Notes: a model not told the origin generated them from the letters alone. 64,000 bases of DNA from Sedimentisphaerales bacterium (GCA_963708075.1 OY970194.1:2496001-2560000), one strand, 5' to 3'. Positions 20,574 through 33,203 are shown, numbered from the stretch's first letter. Program-made: numbers and translations.

Positions 20574-21980
20574 GTGGAGTGGATTATGAGAGAAAAGCAC
20601 GGAAGACACTGGATTGTGATTGTAGTGACGGCGCTGGCTGCGCTGTTGGCGCTGCTGGCCCTGAGCTGCAGCCGGAGCGCGCAAGCCAAACCGGCACAGA
20701 AGAAGGAGCTGACGAAGGACGAGCGGATGGCCTGGTGGCGTGACGCCCGGTTCGGGATGTTCATCCACTGGGGCCTGTACGCCGTGCCCGCCGGAACCTA
20801 CAACGGCAAACGCGTGGACGGCATCGGCGAGTGGATCATGAACAACGGCAAGATCCCCGTCAAGGAATATGAGAAGTACGCCGAGCAGTTCAACCCCATC
20901 GGGTTCAACGCGGACCAGTGGGTGCGCATGGCCAAGAACGCGGGCATGAAGTACATCGTGATCACGAGTAAGCATCACGACGGCTTCTGCCTGTGGGATT
21001 CGAAGGTCACGGATTACGACATCATGGACGCCACGCCGTTCAAGCGTGACATTCTCAAAGAGCTGTCCGCGGCCTGCAAGAAACACGGCGTAAAGCTCTG
21101 CTTCTATCACTCGATCATGGACTGGCACCATCCGGACGCCCAGGCTCCCTTCTATCCGAACTACAACGACACGAAACAGTCCAATCCGAACTTCGACCGC
21201 TATGTGGACACGTATCTCAAGCCGCAGATTGCCGAACTGCTGACCAATTACGGCCCGCTGGGCGTGATGTGGTTCGACGGCGAATGGATCAAGGACTGGA
21301 CCGAACCGAAGGGCAAGGACATGTACGCCTACATCCATGGCATACGGCCTTCGATCATCATCAACAATCGCGTGGGCAAAGGCCGCAAGGGCATGGAAGG
21401 TCTGAGCAAGAGCGATGAGTACGCCGGCGACTTCGGCACGCCGGAACAGCAGATCCCCCCGACCGGGCTTCCCGGCGTGGATTGGGAAACCTGCATGACC
21501 ATCAATGACACCTGGGGCTACAAATCATACGACGAGAACTGGAAATCGACCGAGGAGCTGATCCGCAACCTCGCCGATATCGCCAGCAAGGGCGGCAACT
21601 TCCTGCTCAACGTCGGCCCAACGCCCGAAGGCCTGTTCCCAAGGCCCATCGAGCGGCGGCTGGAAGAAATCGGCAACTGGATGGCCGTCAATAAGGAGAG
21701 CATCTACGGCACCACCGCCAGCCCGATCGGCAAGCCCGCGTGGGGCCGGTGCACCGCCAAGGGCAACAAGCTCTACCTGCACGTCTTCAACTGGCCCGCG
21801 GACGGCAAGCTCGAAGTGCCGCAGGCCGGCGCCCAGGTCACCAAGGCCTACCTGCTGGCCAACAAGAAACGTACCGGCCTGCCTGTGAGCAGCGGCCAGG
21901 ACAAGCTGATCATCTCCGTGCCGAACACGGCACCGGATTCCATCGATAGCGTGATTGTGCTCGTAATGAACAACAGATAG
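20574..21980 (+). CDS. Alpha-L-fucosidase, GH29 (copy 2; possible lipoprotein, LALSC); start uncertain
   Basis: WWRDARFGMFIHWG, KHHDGF, WFDGEW, WETCMT, LLNVGP. Confidence 0.92.
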   Translation: MEWIMREKHGRHWIVIVVTALAALLALLALSCSRSAQAKPAQKKELTKDERMAWWRDARFGMFIHWGLYAVPAGTYNGKRVDGIGEWIMNNGKIPVKEYEKYAEQFNPIGFNADQWVRMAKNAGMKYIVITSKHHDGFCLWDSKVTDYDIMDATPFKRDILKELSAACKKHGVKLCFYHSIMDWHHPDAQAPFYPNYNDTKQSNPNFDRYVDTYLKPQIAELLTNYGPLGVMWFDGEWIKDWTEPKGKDMYAYIHGIRPSIIINNRVGKGRKGMEGLSKSDEYAGDFGTPEQQIPPTGLPGVDWETCMTINDTWGYKSYDENWKSTEELIRNLADIASKGGNFLLNVGPTPEGLFPRPIERRLEEIGNWMAVNKESIYGTTASPIGKPAWGRCTAKGNKLYLHVFNWPADGKLEVPQAGAQVTKAYLLANKKRTGLPVSSGQDKLIISVPNTAPDSIDSVIVLVMNNR

Positions 21981-22020
21981 GAGTTGTGTTCAACATTTGC
22001 TGGAGAAGGAGTACGAAAAC

Positions 22021-24019
<1,999 letters not shown>

Positions 24020-24047
24020 TGTAAGGCCTCGGCACGTGGCTCATTGC

Positions 24048-24097
24048 GTGGCACGGGTTTCCAGCCCGTGAAGACACGGCCAAGATGACCGTGCTGC
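24048..24097. repeat. REP-like double hairpin between groEL2 and dnaJ
   Basis: CACGGG..CCCGTG and CACGGCC..GACCGTG inner hairpins inside GTGGCACGG/CCGTGCTGC outer arms; single copy in window. Confidence 0.5.
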
Positions 24098-24130
24098 ATG
24101 TGATGAGCCACGTCGCCGAGATGAGCTTTT

Positions 24131-25268
24131 ATGGCCAAACGCGATTACTACGAGGTCCTGGGCGTGGAGAAAAGCGCCTCGGCCGACGAGATCAAGCGCG
24201 CCTATCGCCGTATGGCGATCAAATACCATCCGGACAAGAATCCCGGCAACAAAGAGGCCGAGGCGAAAGTTCAAGGAGTGCGCCGAGGCGTACGAAGTAC
24301 TGAGCGACCCGGATAAGCGCAAGCAGTACGATCAGTACGGCCATGAAGGGCTTCGCGGCACCGGCATGCACGACTTCTCGCGGATGAACGTCGAGGACAT
24401 CTTCAGCATGTTCGGCTTCGACGATTTCTTCGGAAGCGTCTTTGGCGGCGGAGGCGGTCGTCGCGGCGGCCGCCGGGGCGGACCCGCGCGGGGGTACGAC
24501 CTGGAAACGGGCGTCGAGCTGACGCTCAGCGAAGTAGCACACGGCACAGAAAAGACGATCGAATTCACCCGGCAGGACCGCTGTCCGGAATGTACTGGCA
24601 GCGGCGCAGCGCCGGGCAGCCAGCCGTCTCGCTGTCCACTCTGTGGCGGCAGCGGCCAGGTCGCCAAGGGCGGCGGGTTCTTTCAGATGGTTTCCACGTG
24701 CCCGCAGTGCCAGGGTACGGGGCGAGTGATTACGAACCCCTGCCCCAAGTGCAAGGGCAGCGGACGCGTGCCCAAGAAGCGCACGGTCACGATTCGCATC
24801 CCGCCCGGCGTGCACGAGGGCCAGGGCATTCGCGTCGCCGGCGAGGGCGAGCCGGGCCAGGACGGCGGACCGAACGGCGACCTGTATTGCTACGTAAGGA
24901 TCAAGCCGCACGAGTTTCTCGAACGCGACGGCAATGATTTGATCGCCGTCGTCCCGATCAGTTGCACGCAGGCGGCGCTCGGAGCGACGATTGAAGTGCC
25001 GAGCCTTGACGGGACGAAGCAGCTCAGAGTCCCGCCGGGGACGCAGTACGGCAGCATTTTCCGAATCCGCGGACAGGGACTGCCGGATGTCCGCAACGGG
25101 CGGGTCGGCGATCAGTTGGTTCAGGTCACCGTCGAGATCCCGACCAACCTCAATGAACACCAGGAGGAGTTGCTCCGGGAGTTTGCCAAGACCGAGAACA
25201 AGAACGTCTCTCCGAAATCAACGAGTTTCTTCGAAAAACTGAAACGACATTTCGGTAATCAGTCATGA
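24131..25268 (+). CDS. dnaJ: Chaperone DnaJ, frameshifted near 24268
   Basis: [12 protein letters not shown] motif, G/F-rich linker, four CxxCxGxG repeats; extra A in gcgaaagttcaag. Confidence 0.94.
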
Positions 25269-25873
25269 CTGACGACGAGACAAAAATCGAAGGTCCCCAG
25301 CAGGAACAGGACGAAGCCAAGGCTCCCGATGAGGAGTTGAACAAGCTGCGGCAGGAACTGGAGAGTATCCAGAGGGAACGGGATGAGCTGTTCGGCCGAT
25401 TGCAGCGGGTCAGCGCCGACTACGCGAATTTCCAGAAGCGGGTCCCGAAGCAGGTCAACGACTCCGTGGCCTATGAGAAGGAGAAGATCATCCGGTCGCT
25501 TCTGCCCATTCTGGACAACATGGAACATTTACTCAAGGCGCATTCGGCGGAAAGCACGAACGCCATGGTCCAGGGCGTGGAGATCATCTACGGCCACATG
25601 TTGGACATTCTCAAATCGCACGGCGTTGAGCAGATGCACGCACTGGGCGAGCCGTTTGACCCGATGCGTCATGAAGCCGTGATGGTCAGGGAAGAGCCCG
25701 GCAAGCCGGCCAATGTCGTCCTCGAGGAAATCCAGAAGGGCTACAGGACCAGCGACCGCATCGTGCGACCGACCCGCGTCGTGGTAAGCAAGGCGCCGGC
25801 CACGAAACCGTCCCAGCCGCAAAACCAGGAGCCGAAAGCGGAAACCTCCACGGAAGGGCAAGACGTGGAATAG
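25265..25873 (+). CDS. grpE: Nucleotide exchange factor GrpE
   Basis: [41 protein letters not shown]. Confidence 0.95.
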   Translation: MTDDETKIEGPQQEQDEAKAPDEELNKLRQELESIQRERDELFGRLQRVSADYANFQKRVPKQVNDSVAYEKEKIIRSLLPILDNMEHLLKAHSAESTNAMVQGVEIIYGHMLDILKSHGVEQMHALGEPFDPMRHEAVMVREEPGKPANVVLEEIQKGYRTSDRIVRPTRVVVSKAPATKPSQPQNQEPKAETSTEGQDVE

Positions 25874-25958
25874 CGTGCAGAGTGGGCTTGTGACCTGGCC
25901 ATTTCGGCCGGTCTGAGCCGCTCCAGCCAACGCGACAGAAGCACGGAGTACAGACGAT

Positions 25959-26282
25959 ATGCCTACCTACGCTTATGCTTGTGAGCATTGTGGTCACAAG
26001 TTCGATGCGTTTCAGAGCATCACAGCCAAGCCGATGCGGAAATGTCCCGCGTGCGGCCGGAGTTCGCTCAAGCGGCTGATCGGCGCCGGAGGGGCAATCA
26101 TCTTCAAAGGCTCCGGCTTCTATTGCACCGATTACCGCAGCGAAAGCTACAAGACGGCCACCAAGAACGAAACGGGCGGCGGCACGGCCAAGACTGCCGA
26201 GAAGAAGGAAGCCAAAACGGAGACTACCTCGGCGCCCGCCACGAAATCTGAAACGCCGGCAGAAAAGAAGAAATCCGCGTAG
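25959..26282 (+). CDS. FmdB-family zinc-ribbon protein
   Basis: MPTYAYACEHCG...CPACG...IIFKGSGFYCTDY. Confidence 0.9.
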   Translation: MPTYAYACEHCGHKFDAFQSITAKPMRKCPACGRSSLKRLIGAGGAIIFKGSGFYCTDYRSESYKTATKNETGGGTAKTAEKKEAKTETTSAPATKSETPAEKKKSA

Positions 26283-26309
26283 CAGGCTCGCCCTTCCGTA
26301 CCCGGGTTA

Positions 26310-27671
26310 TCAAGGCAGCATCTTCTGCGAACGTTGTCCTGATGGAGCGATCCAGTCGTATGTGGGCACGGTGCGGTGGTCCTTGAACTGGATGCCCGCG
26401 CTGTGCATCGGAGATTGTCCATCGCGGCCGGTCGGCCGAGTCGCTATCCCGGCAATGCCAAGGCTCTCCACGGAAACGACTTCGCCATCATCGGACTGCC
26501 CGTCCGAGTCGCGGTCGAACCACACGCGGAGGCCTTTCAACTCTCCGGCCGTCAGTGAACCATCGCGGTTATCATCCAGCATGTCCATCGCCCGGTAGCC
26601 GTTCGAGAAGAACAGCCACCATGTCACCGAGCCGAACAGTTCCCGGCCCGACGTAATCCGCCCATCCCTGTCGGCGTCCCAGGCAAGCAGACCGGTCGTC
26701 GGCTTGATCCAGGGCCGCTCCTCGATAACGCCATCACCGTCCAGATCGAACCTCGTCATCCTTTCCGGCATCAACAGATCGGCTAGTGACGCATGCGCTG
26801 CCGTGCTGAAGACGATCGGGGTGATCGGGCCCATCGGCAGATTGTCAAGAACAGCCAAGTTGGCCTTAATGGTGGCGATTTTCTCCTGCACCAACTGCGG
26901 AATGGAGCTCTCGGTCTCCCACAAACGGATGTAAGCATTACCCGCTTCGTAACTTACCAGGCCTCGCAGGCCCTCGACAGGACGGTACTCGCGGCCCAGG
27001 TCCTCCTTGATCGCCAACTCATACGCCAGGAGATAGGTCGCCTTCACCCCGTCCAGGAGGATGGTCCTCATCGCGGGTGGCACAGGGGCCGGCATCGTCT
27101 CCCGCAGGAACTCCAGATACTGCTCCCCCAGGCTTGCCTGCCCCAGGTAGTATAGAGCGTTGTTGGGATCGAGCGACATTGCCTTGTAGAAATTCCACTG
27201 AGCGGCGGCAGCATGGCCGATCAATTCCTCATTCGTCGGCCGCGGCGGCTGCCAATTCTCCCCCTGCAGCTTGGCCTCCACCGCCCAGACCCGATCCCAG
27301 AACTCCTGCTCCCGCTCCGCAGGCACGTCCGAGACGTCGCGGTATCCAAGCTCCTCCAACGCGATCCGCTTGGCCTCCTCCGTCCGCGCGAAATTCAGAT
27401 AATCTTCGTGCCACCAGTAGGGTACCGTGGAAGGCGGCGTGCGATTGGCGAACGTCGCCACGAGGAAGCTCTTGTTGACGAACGTCAGATAGTGAATCCG
27501 GGCAAGGGTGTAATACCCAGTGGCATCCTCGGGATGCTCCTGGACATAGGCCGTTGCGTTGTTGATCAGCCGCTCCGCCGGTACGTAGCCTGGCCTGGCA
27601 AACATGCCGATCGCCACGCTCGCCCAGACAACCGCCAGAACCGTCGCAAGACCATATCGAGTCACCCTCAT
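26310..27671 (-). CDS. Secreted hypothetical protein: TPR-like N-terminus plus calcium-binding (FrpC SPM-like) C-terminus
   Basis: Signal peptide; FDLDGDG, DADRDGRITSGRELFG, LDDNRDG, VWFDRDSDGQSDDGEV, LGI. Confidence 0.7.
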   Translation of the reverse strand: MRVTRYGLATVLAVVWASVAIGMFARPGYVPAERLINNATAYVQEHPEDATGYYTLARIHYLTFVNKSFLVATFANRTPPSTVPYWWHEDYLNFARTEEAKRIALEELGYRDVSDVPAEREQEFWDRVWAVEAKLQGENWQPPRPTNEELIGHAAAAQWNFYKAMSLDPNNALYYLGQASLGEQYLEFLRETMPAPVPPAMRTILLDGVKATYLLAYELAIKEDLGREYRPVEGLRGLVSYEAGNAYIRLWETESSIPQLVQEKIATIKANLAVLDNLPMGPITPIVFSTAAHASLADLLMPERMTRFDLDGDGVIEERPWIKPTTGLLAWDADRDGRITSGRELFGSVTWWLFFSNGYRAMDMLDDNRDGSLTAGELKGLRVWFDRDSDGQSDDGEVVSVESLGIAGIATRPTGRDGQSPMHSAGIQFKDHRTVPTYDWIAPSGQRSQKMLP

Positions 27672-27789
27672 AGTCCTTCACACTCCTGATTCATCACCCG
27701 TTTGCGTCACCGATATGCAGAGACATGCCACCCCGCCAGGAGTCATCTCTACAATGATGACTGCATCATAACATCTCGCATAGAGCAAA

Positions 27790-28269
27790 TCAAGGGGCCT
27801 CGTACCGCTGGTCGGGGTGACGTACGGTCAGCACGGCGCAGGGGGCTTTGCGCACCACTTTTTCGGCCACGCTGCCCAGCAGCATGGAGCCAAGAGCGGA
27901 GCGGCCGTGCGTGCCCAGCACGATCAGGTCGATGCCCTGCTCGCGCGCATAGCGGATGATCTCCGCGGAGGTTTTGCCCATGACAACAACCTTCTTGACT
28001 GAGTCGCGACGATCCGGCATGTGCTGTGTGACGAACTGCTCCATTTGCGCTTCGGCGGCCTCCTTGAGCTTGCCGTAATCCGGCTGGTACTCCGTCGTCA
28101 GCGGCAGCATGTAGCTGTCCTCCAGAATGAACCCTTCCGGCATGTCCACGACGTGCAGACAATGCAGCTCGGCGCCATAGCGCTGGGCGAGATCCACTGC
28201 CAGCGGAAGCGCTGCCAGGGATCGCTCCGAGAAATCCGTCGGATACAAGATCTTGTTTATCGCCGCCAT
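27790..28269 (-). CDS. Universal stress protein (UspA family)
   Basis: KILYPTDFS, DLIVLGTHGRS, LLGSVAEKVVRKAPCAVL. Confidence 0.95.
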   Translation of the reverse strand: MAAINKILYPTDFSERSLAALPLAVDLAQRYGAELHCLHVVDMPEGFILEDSYMLPLTTEYQPDYGKLKEAAEAQMEQFVTQHMPDRRDSVKKVVVMGKTSAEIIRYAREQGIDLIVLGTHGRSALGSMLLGSVAEKVVRKAPCAVLTVRHPDQRYEAP

Positions 28270-28520
28270 AAATCATTCTCCCACTACACACAGGCACAGG
28301 ACCACGCGTCGAAACATCGGACGATCTGTCCAAAGACGGACGCATACCCCTGAGAAGATAACATCCGCGTGGCAAGATTGCCATCTTTTGGTGTCTGCAT
28401 CTCCAACAGAGCCGACGGACACGGTTTTGCCGCTCTTGATGGAGAAAATTGCCGCAAGGCCGGGATGACATCAGGGCAGCCACGATGTAGAATAGCGACC
28501 AGACTCTTACGAACGCGAAG

Positions 28521-29249
28521 ATGGATAGACCAATGACACCACACTCAGAGCGGCAGTTTCAGGGATTCTCTCGCAAGACATTCACGTTCCTGCGGGATCT
28601 GGGGCGTAACAACGACAAGACGTGGTTCGAGGCCCATCGAGCTGCCTATGAGCAGCATGTACTGCAGCCGCTGCGGGACCTTGTGAGTGATCTGGCGGAT
28701 TTCATGCTGGGCATCGATCTATCGTTCGAGGTCGAACCAGCGGTAGGCAAGGCGATATCGCGGATATACCGCGATACGCGTTTCTCCAAGGACAAATCGC
28801 CCTTCCGCGACCATATGTGGATCGCATTCAAGCGCCCCGGCCCAGACTGGGCCCATTACACCCCGACCTATTACCTGGAGATTACGCCAACATCGTATAG
28901 CTATGGCTTGGGTTTCTACGAGGCTGCCCCCGACCTGATGACCCGGTTCCGACGCCGGATCGATGAAGATCCCGAATCGTTCCTCAAGGCCGTCGGATGG
29001 TTTGAAAAACAGGATGTGTTCACCCTCAACGGCCAGAAGTACAAGCGCCCCATCGGCCAGGACAAGCCCGACCCGATCCGCACCTGGTACCAGTACAAGA
29101 GCTTCTATCTCTCCTGCGACCGTCCCATCGACGACATCATCCTGTCCCCCAGAGTCACCAGGCAGATCATGAAGCACTTCACTCTGGCCGCCCCCCTGTA
29201 CCACTACATCCGCCGAATCGCCTCTCAAGTACTTAATGAACGATCCTGA
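28521..29249 (+). CDS. DUF2461 (TIGR02453-like) protein
   Basis: FLRDLGRNNDKTWFEAHR..YE, RIYRDTRFSKDKSPFR. Confidence 0.85.
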   Translation: MDRPMTPHSERQFQGFSRKTFTFLRDLGRNNDKTWFEAHRAAYEQHVLQPLRDLVSDLADFMLGIDLSFEVEPAVGKAISRIYRDTRFSKDKSPFRDHMWIAFKRPGPDWAHYTPTYYLEITPTSYSYGLGFYEAAPDLMTRFRRRIDEDPESFLKAVGWFEKQDVFTLNGQKYKRPIGQDKPDPIRTWYQYKSFYLSCDRPIDDIILSPRVTRQIMKHFTLAAPLYHYIRRIASQVLNERS

Positions 29250-29275
29250 CAGAAAGGCACGGCGGACACGGGCAG

Positions 29276-29815
29276 CTACTTGACCAGCTTGGCGATTTCT
29301 CTGAATTGGGGGTGTTTGGCGGTTTTGAGCAGCTCGAACAGGGCCATTTCGGTGCTGCTGACGTGGGCGCCTTCGGCCGCGAGGCGTGCCAGGGCCGTCT
29401 GGCGGTTCCGCTCGGTTCTGGATGAGACGGCGTCGGCGATGATCGTCACCTCCAGGCCCCCTTCCATCAGGTCCATCGCCGTCTGGTAGATGCAGACGTG
29501 GGTTTCGATGCCGCAGAGCAGGACTTGCTCCCTGGCCAGCGAGTTGAGCTCCGCGTTGAACTTCTCCTCGCCGCAGCAACTGAAGCTCGCCTTGTTGACC
29601 GGCTCGGTCCCCGTCAAAAGCCCGGCGATCTCCGGGAGGGTCGGTCCAAGGGCCTCGGGCACCTGCTGGCACCACAGAGTGGGGATTTCGAGGATCTTCG
29701 CTGCTTGGATGAGGATTTGGATGTTCTTGAAGAGGGCGTCCTTGTCGGTCATGAGCTGGGCGAGCTTGCCCTGCACGTCAACGACGACCAGGCAGCAGTT
29801 GTGGATTTCGAGCAT
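29276..29815 (-). CDS. Isochorismatase-family hydrolase
   Basis: VVDVQGKL, KASFSC, GIETHVCIYQT, DAVSSR. Confidence 0.9.
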   Translation of the reverse strand: MLEIHNCCLVVVDVQGKLAQLMTDKDALFKNIQILIQAAKILEIPTLWCQQVPEALGPTLPEIAGLLTGTEPVNKASFSCCGEEKFNAELNSLAREQVLLCGIETHVCIYQTAMDLMEGGLEVTIIADAVSSRTERNRQTALARLAAEGAHVSSTEMALFELLKTAKHPQFREIAKLVK

Positions 29816-29868
29816 TCCCTTACTCCCCTGCGAAGAAAGTCAAAAAGCGCATCCGTGCGCAACCCCGA

Positions 29869-30858
29869 TCATCGTGTGTGAAGGAGGACTATCGTCAGAC
29901 TTATGTTAGGCTCGCCTTGCGGCGGAGTGAGGGTCGTTTCTGCCTGTGTCTTGGTGATCCAGACTTTGTCATCGATGGTCACCAGGTCCCGCACGCCGGT
30001 GGCATCATCACCCACCATTGCCAGGACGTCGCGGCCGGGCGTGCTCTGAGTCATGGCGTTGATGACAGCACAATTCCGTGCAGTCTTCATGGATGACGCG
30101 GTGTCTTGGCACGCGACGATGCTCGCCGCCTGCTCCGGCGTGACGGCATCGACGGTGACCGAAGCCGCAAACTGCCCCGGCTCCTCGATCTGGAGCATCA
30201 CGCCGTCGAAGCTCTGCCAGATGCTCTGCAGGCTTGTGATCAGGCGATTCACCCCCTGCCGGCTGCTGACGAGCTTGTAGGTTCTGGCACCAGCCGCGTC
30301 GTCCGACGCCACCAGGGCCGACAGGCCGTTCTGCTCGACCGCTCGCTTGAGAACCGCGTCCGCCTGTGGGACAGTAGCCGTCCGAATCTCCAGCCGTCCG
30401 GATAAGCCGGAATCGGCAATCATGGCCGGGGCCGTGCCGGGCTGGACCAGTCTGCCGAGATCGGCCACCGGAGGCTGAACGCCTGCGTCGGGGACGGGAG
30501 CTACAATCTGGTACACCACGAAGCCGAGGACCCCGAGCAACGCGATCATGGCGGCGGCCGCCAGGAATCGGCGGGCCATCAGGTGAATCACCCCGGCTGT
30601 ACTAACACCCGAGGTCGTCTGCTCCGCCAGCAGCGTTTTTCTCTCTACAGCCAACTTGATCTGCTCGAGCAGCTCGCCAGGGGCTTCCGCCCGCGGCAGA
30701 GCGCTGACCAGTGTTCTGCAATTCTGAAGCTGTCTCAGACGCCGGCCGACCTCCGGGTCCCGAGCCACCAAACGCTGCACCTCGGTTTGCTGCCGGGCAG
30801 GGAGCTCTCCATCAACGAAGCTGCAAAGCAGTTCATCAATGTTTGGATTCGCCTTCAT
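29869..30858 (-). CDS. Membrane-anchored anti-sigma factor
   Basis: ELLCSFVDGEL N-terminus, one TM helix, overlaps the end of the ECF sigma gene. Confidence 0.75.
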   Translation of the reverse strand: MKANPNIDELLCSFVDGELPARQQTEVQRLVARDPEVGRRLRQLQNCRTLVSALPRAEAPGELLEQIKLAVERKTLLAEQTTSGVSTAGVIHLMARRFLAAAAMIALLGVLGFVVYQIVAPVPDAGVQPPVADLGRLVQPGTAPAMIADSGLSGRLEIRTATVPQADAVLKRAVEQNGLSALVASDDAAGARTYKLVSSRQGVNRLITSLQSIWQSFDGVMLQIEEPGQFAASVTVDAVTPEQAASIVACQDTASSMKTARNCAVINAMTQSTPGRDVLAMVGDDATGVRDLVTIDDKVWITKTQAETTLTPPQGEPNISLTIVLLHTR

Positions 30859-31456
30859 TGACCATGGCCTCCAAAATCTCTCTTAGATTGCTCCTGGCGC
30901 GGCTGAGCCTGCTCCGAACGGTCCCGAGCTCGATATTGAGGACGTCGGCAATCTCCGTGTAATTCATGCCCTCAATATCGCGCAGGACGACAACGGCCCT
31001 TTGGGGCTCTTCGAGTTTCAACAGCGCGTCCATAGCCAGGTCGCAAAGCTCTCGGTTCTGCGCCACCATCGCCGGATCGACCGCACGGTCGTCACTCAGG
31101 ACATCCCTGAGCAACTGGTCGGCCGTCCCATCAGACTCCATATTTTCGGCATCCAGCGACCGCGTCGCCGTGCGCGCGTGCCGCTGGCAGTAGTTCAAGG
31201 TCAGATTCACAGCGATCCTGAACAGCCAGGTGTAAAAGCTGCTCCGACCCTTGAACTTCTCTATGCTCTCAATGACTTTGACAAAGGTCTCCTGGGTTAG
31301 TTCCGCAGCATCGTCCGAGTTTCCGCACATTTTGAGCACGACGTTGAAAATGCGGTTTTGGTACTTGATGATCAGCCGCTCCATGGCCATGACGTCGCCG
31401 CCTTGCGACTGCCGGACCAGAACGGAATCATCAATATTTATACTTGCTGCTCTCAA
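30836..31456 (-). CDS. ECF sigma factor (RpoE-like); start uncertain
   Basis: DAAELTQETFVK, SFYTWLFRIAVN, EGMNYTEIADVL, GTVRSRLSRAR. Confidence 0.92.
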   Translation of the reverse strand: MRAASINIDDSVLVRQSQGGDVMAMERLIIKYQNRIFNVVLKMCGNSDDAAELTQETFVKVIESIEKFKGRSSFYTWLFRIAVNLTLNYCQRHARTATRSLDAENMESDGTADQLLRDVLSDDRAVDPAMVAQNRELCDLAMDALLKLEEPQRAVVVLRDIEGMNYTEIADVLNIELGTVRSRLSRARSNLREILEAMVNEGESKH

Positions 31457-31853
31457 GTACACCTTTTCCCTCGCGTACGAGCCTTTCCACAAACAGACCA
31501 CCCTTGCGACCGCAAAACCGCCGGCGACGGGGGTGCAACATCATCGCAAATTCGCCCGCCCCGGTCAACCGAATTCGCCCGCAGACCGATAATCCGTGCG
31601 GGTTCCGTACACCCCGAAGCAATGCCGGACCCCATTCACAGGAGAACCATCGGCAACTTGCCCCCGCCGCCTGTACACTTGCCCGGGAAATCGTCATTCG
31701 CCCATGAACTGCATACCCACTCCGTCCATCACCTTTCATCGTATCGAGGTGGAAGAGATACCGTCACAAGAGAGAGTGAGGCCGCACGTGCAGCAAGGGA
31801 ATTGCAGGAGATGCCATGAACTTGACTTGCCCGTTTGGGCTTGATTGCAGGGG

Positions 31854-32843
31854 TCAGAACTGCTTGAGGAAGCGCAGGTCGTTTTCGGTGAGCCAGCGGA
31901 TGTCGGGGATCTCGTATTTTCGCATGGCGAGCCGCTCGATGCCGAACCCGAAGGCCCAGCCGGTGTATTTCTCGCTGTCGATGCCGACGGCATCGAAAAC
32001 GTTGGGATCGACCATACCGCAGCCGCCCATTTCCACCCATCGCTGCTGGCCGCTCTTGTCGGTCAGGAGCAGATCGACCTCCGCGCTGGGCTCAGTGAAG
32101 GGGAAGAAACTCGGCCGGAACCGCCACTGCGTGTCGGCGCCGAAGAAGACGTGGATGAACTGCTCGATCGTCGTCTTCATATCGACCATCGTCACGCCTT
32201 CGTCCACGACGAGCGCTTCGAGCTGATGGAACATGTACATGTGCGTCGCATCGACCGTATCGGGGCGATAGACGCGTCCCGGCGCAACGACCCGGATCGG
32301 CGGCTTTTTGTTCTCCATCACGCGAATCTGGATCGTGGAGGTCTGGCTGCGAAGCAGGATGTTGTCTTCGATGTAGAAGTTGTCGAGGGGATCTCTCGCC
32401 GGGTGCTCGGGCGGAATGTTCAGCGCGATGAAATTGTGCCACTCATCCTCGACCTCCGGGCCATAGGCGACGCCGAAGCCCATCCGGCCGAAGATGTCCA
32501 GCAATTCGCTGATTGTCTGCGTGATGACGTGGGGCTTGCCAATCCCGATGGGAATCCCCGGCAGCGTGACATCGATGAACTCGCGTGTCCGCTTCTGGGA
32601 TTCCTCCAGGGCCCGCTTTCGCTCCTCGAACGCCGCCGTGACCTCGTTGCGGGTCTTGTTGGCAAGTTGCCCGGCCCGCGGTTTCTCCTCGGCGGGCAGC
32701 CGGCCGATGTCACTGAGCATCTGCATGATCAGGCCCTTGCGGCCGAGGTACTTGATGCGGAAATCCTCGAGGGCCTTGAGGTCCTGGACCCTGGCCAGCT
32801 CGTCGAGAGCCTGTTTGCCGGCTTGTTCCAACTGTTCGAGCAT
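31854..32843 (-). CDS. pheS: Phenylalanyl-tRNA synthetase alpha subunit
   Basis: HPARD, LRSQTS, PGRVYR, FPFTEPSAE, AFGFGIERLAM. Confidence 0.98.
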   Translation of the reverse strand: MLEQLEQAGKQALDELARVQDLKALEDFRIKYLGRKGLIMQMLSDIGRLPAEEKPRAGQLANKTRNEVTAAFEERKRALEESQKRTREFIDVTLPGIPIGIGKPHVITQTISELLDIFGRMGFGVAYGPEVEDEWHNFIALNIPPEHPARDPLDNFYIEDNILLRSQTSTIQIRVMENKKPPIRVVAPGRVYRPDTVDATHMYMFHQLEALVVDEGVTMVDMKTTIEQFIHVFFGADTQWRFRPSFFPFTEPSAEVDLLLTDKSGQQRWVEMGGCGMVDPNVFDAVGIDSEKYTGWAFGFGIERLAMRKYEIPDIRWLTENDLRFLKQF

Positions 32844-32846
32844 GGT

Positions 32847-33203
32847 TTACGTCAGGGCTGCTTTGGCCATCCCCACAATGGCGTCGAAGCCGGTGGGATC
32901 GGCGATGGCGATCTCGCTGAGCATTTTGCGATTGAGCCCAATCTGGGCCTTCTTGAGGCCGTTGATGAACTCGCTGTAGCGCAGCCCTCTTTGCTTGCAG
33001 GCGATGTTGACGCGGAGAATCCAGAGGCCCCGGTACTCTCGCTTCATGACCTTGCGGCTCTTACGGGCGTTGACCTCCGCACGCGTGACGGCTTCCGTGG
33101 CCGTGCGCCACTGGTTGCGTCTGGCGCCGCGAAAACCTCTGGCTTCCTTCAGGACGCGTTTCTTGGCTCGGCGTACCGCCGCCCCTTTTTTTACTCTCGG
33201 CAT
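32847..33203 (-). CDS. rplT: 50S ribosomal protein L20
   Basis: MPRVK...KEARGFRG...LWILRVN...YSEFINGL...LNRKMLSEIA. Confidence 0.97.
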   Translation of the reverse strand: MPRVKKGAAVRRAKKRVLKEARGFRGARRNQWRTATEAVTRAEVNARKSRKVMKREYRGLWILRVNIACKQRGLRYSEFINGLKKAQIGLNRKMLSEIAIADPTGFDAIVGMAKAALT

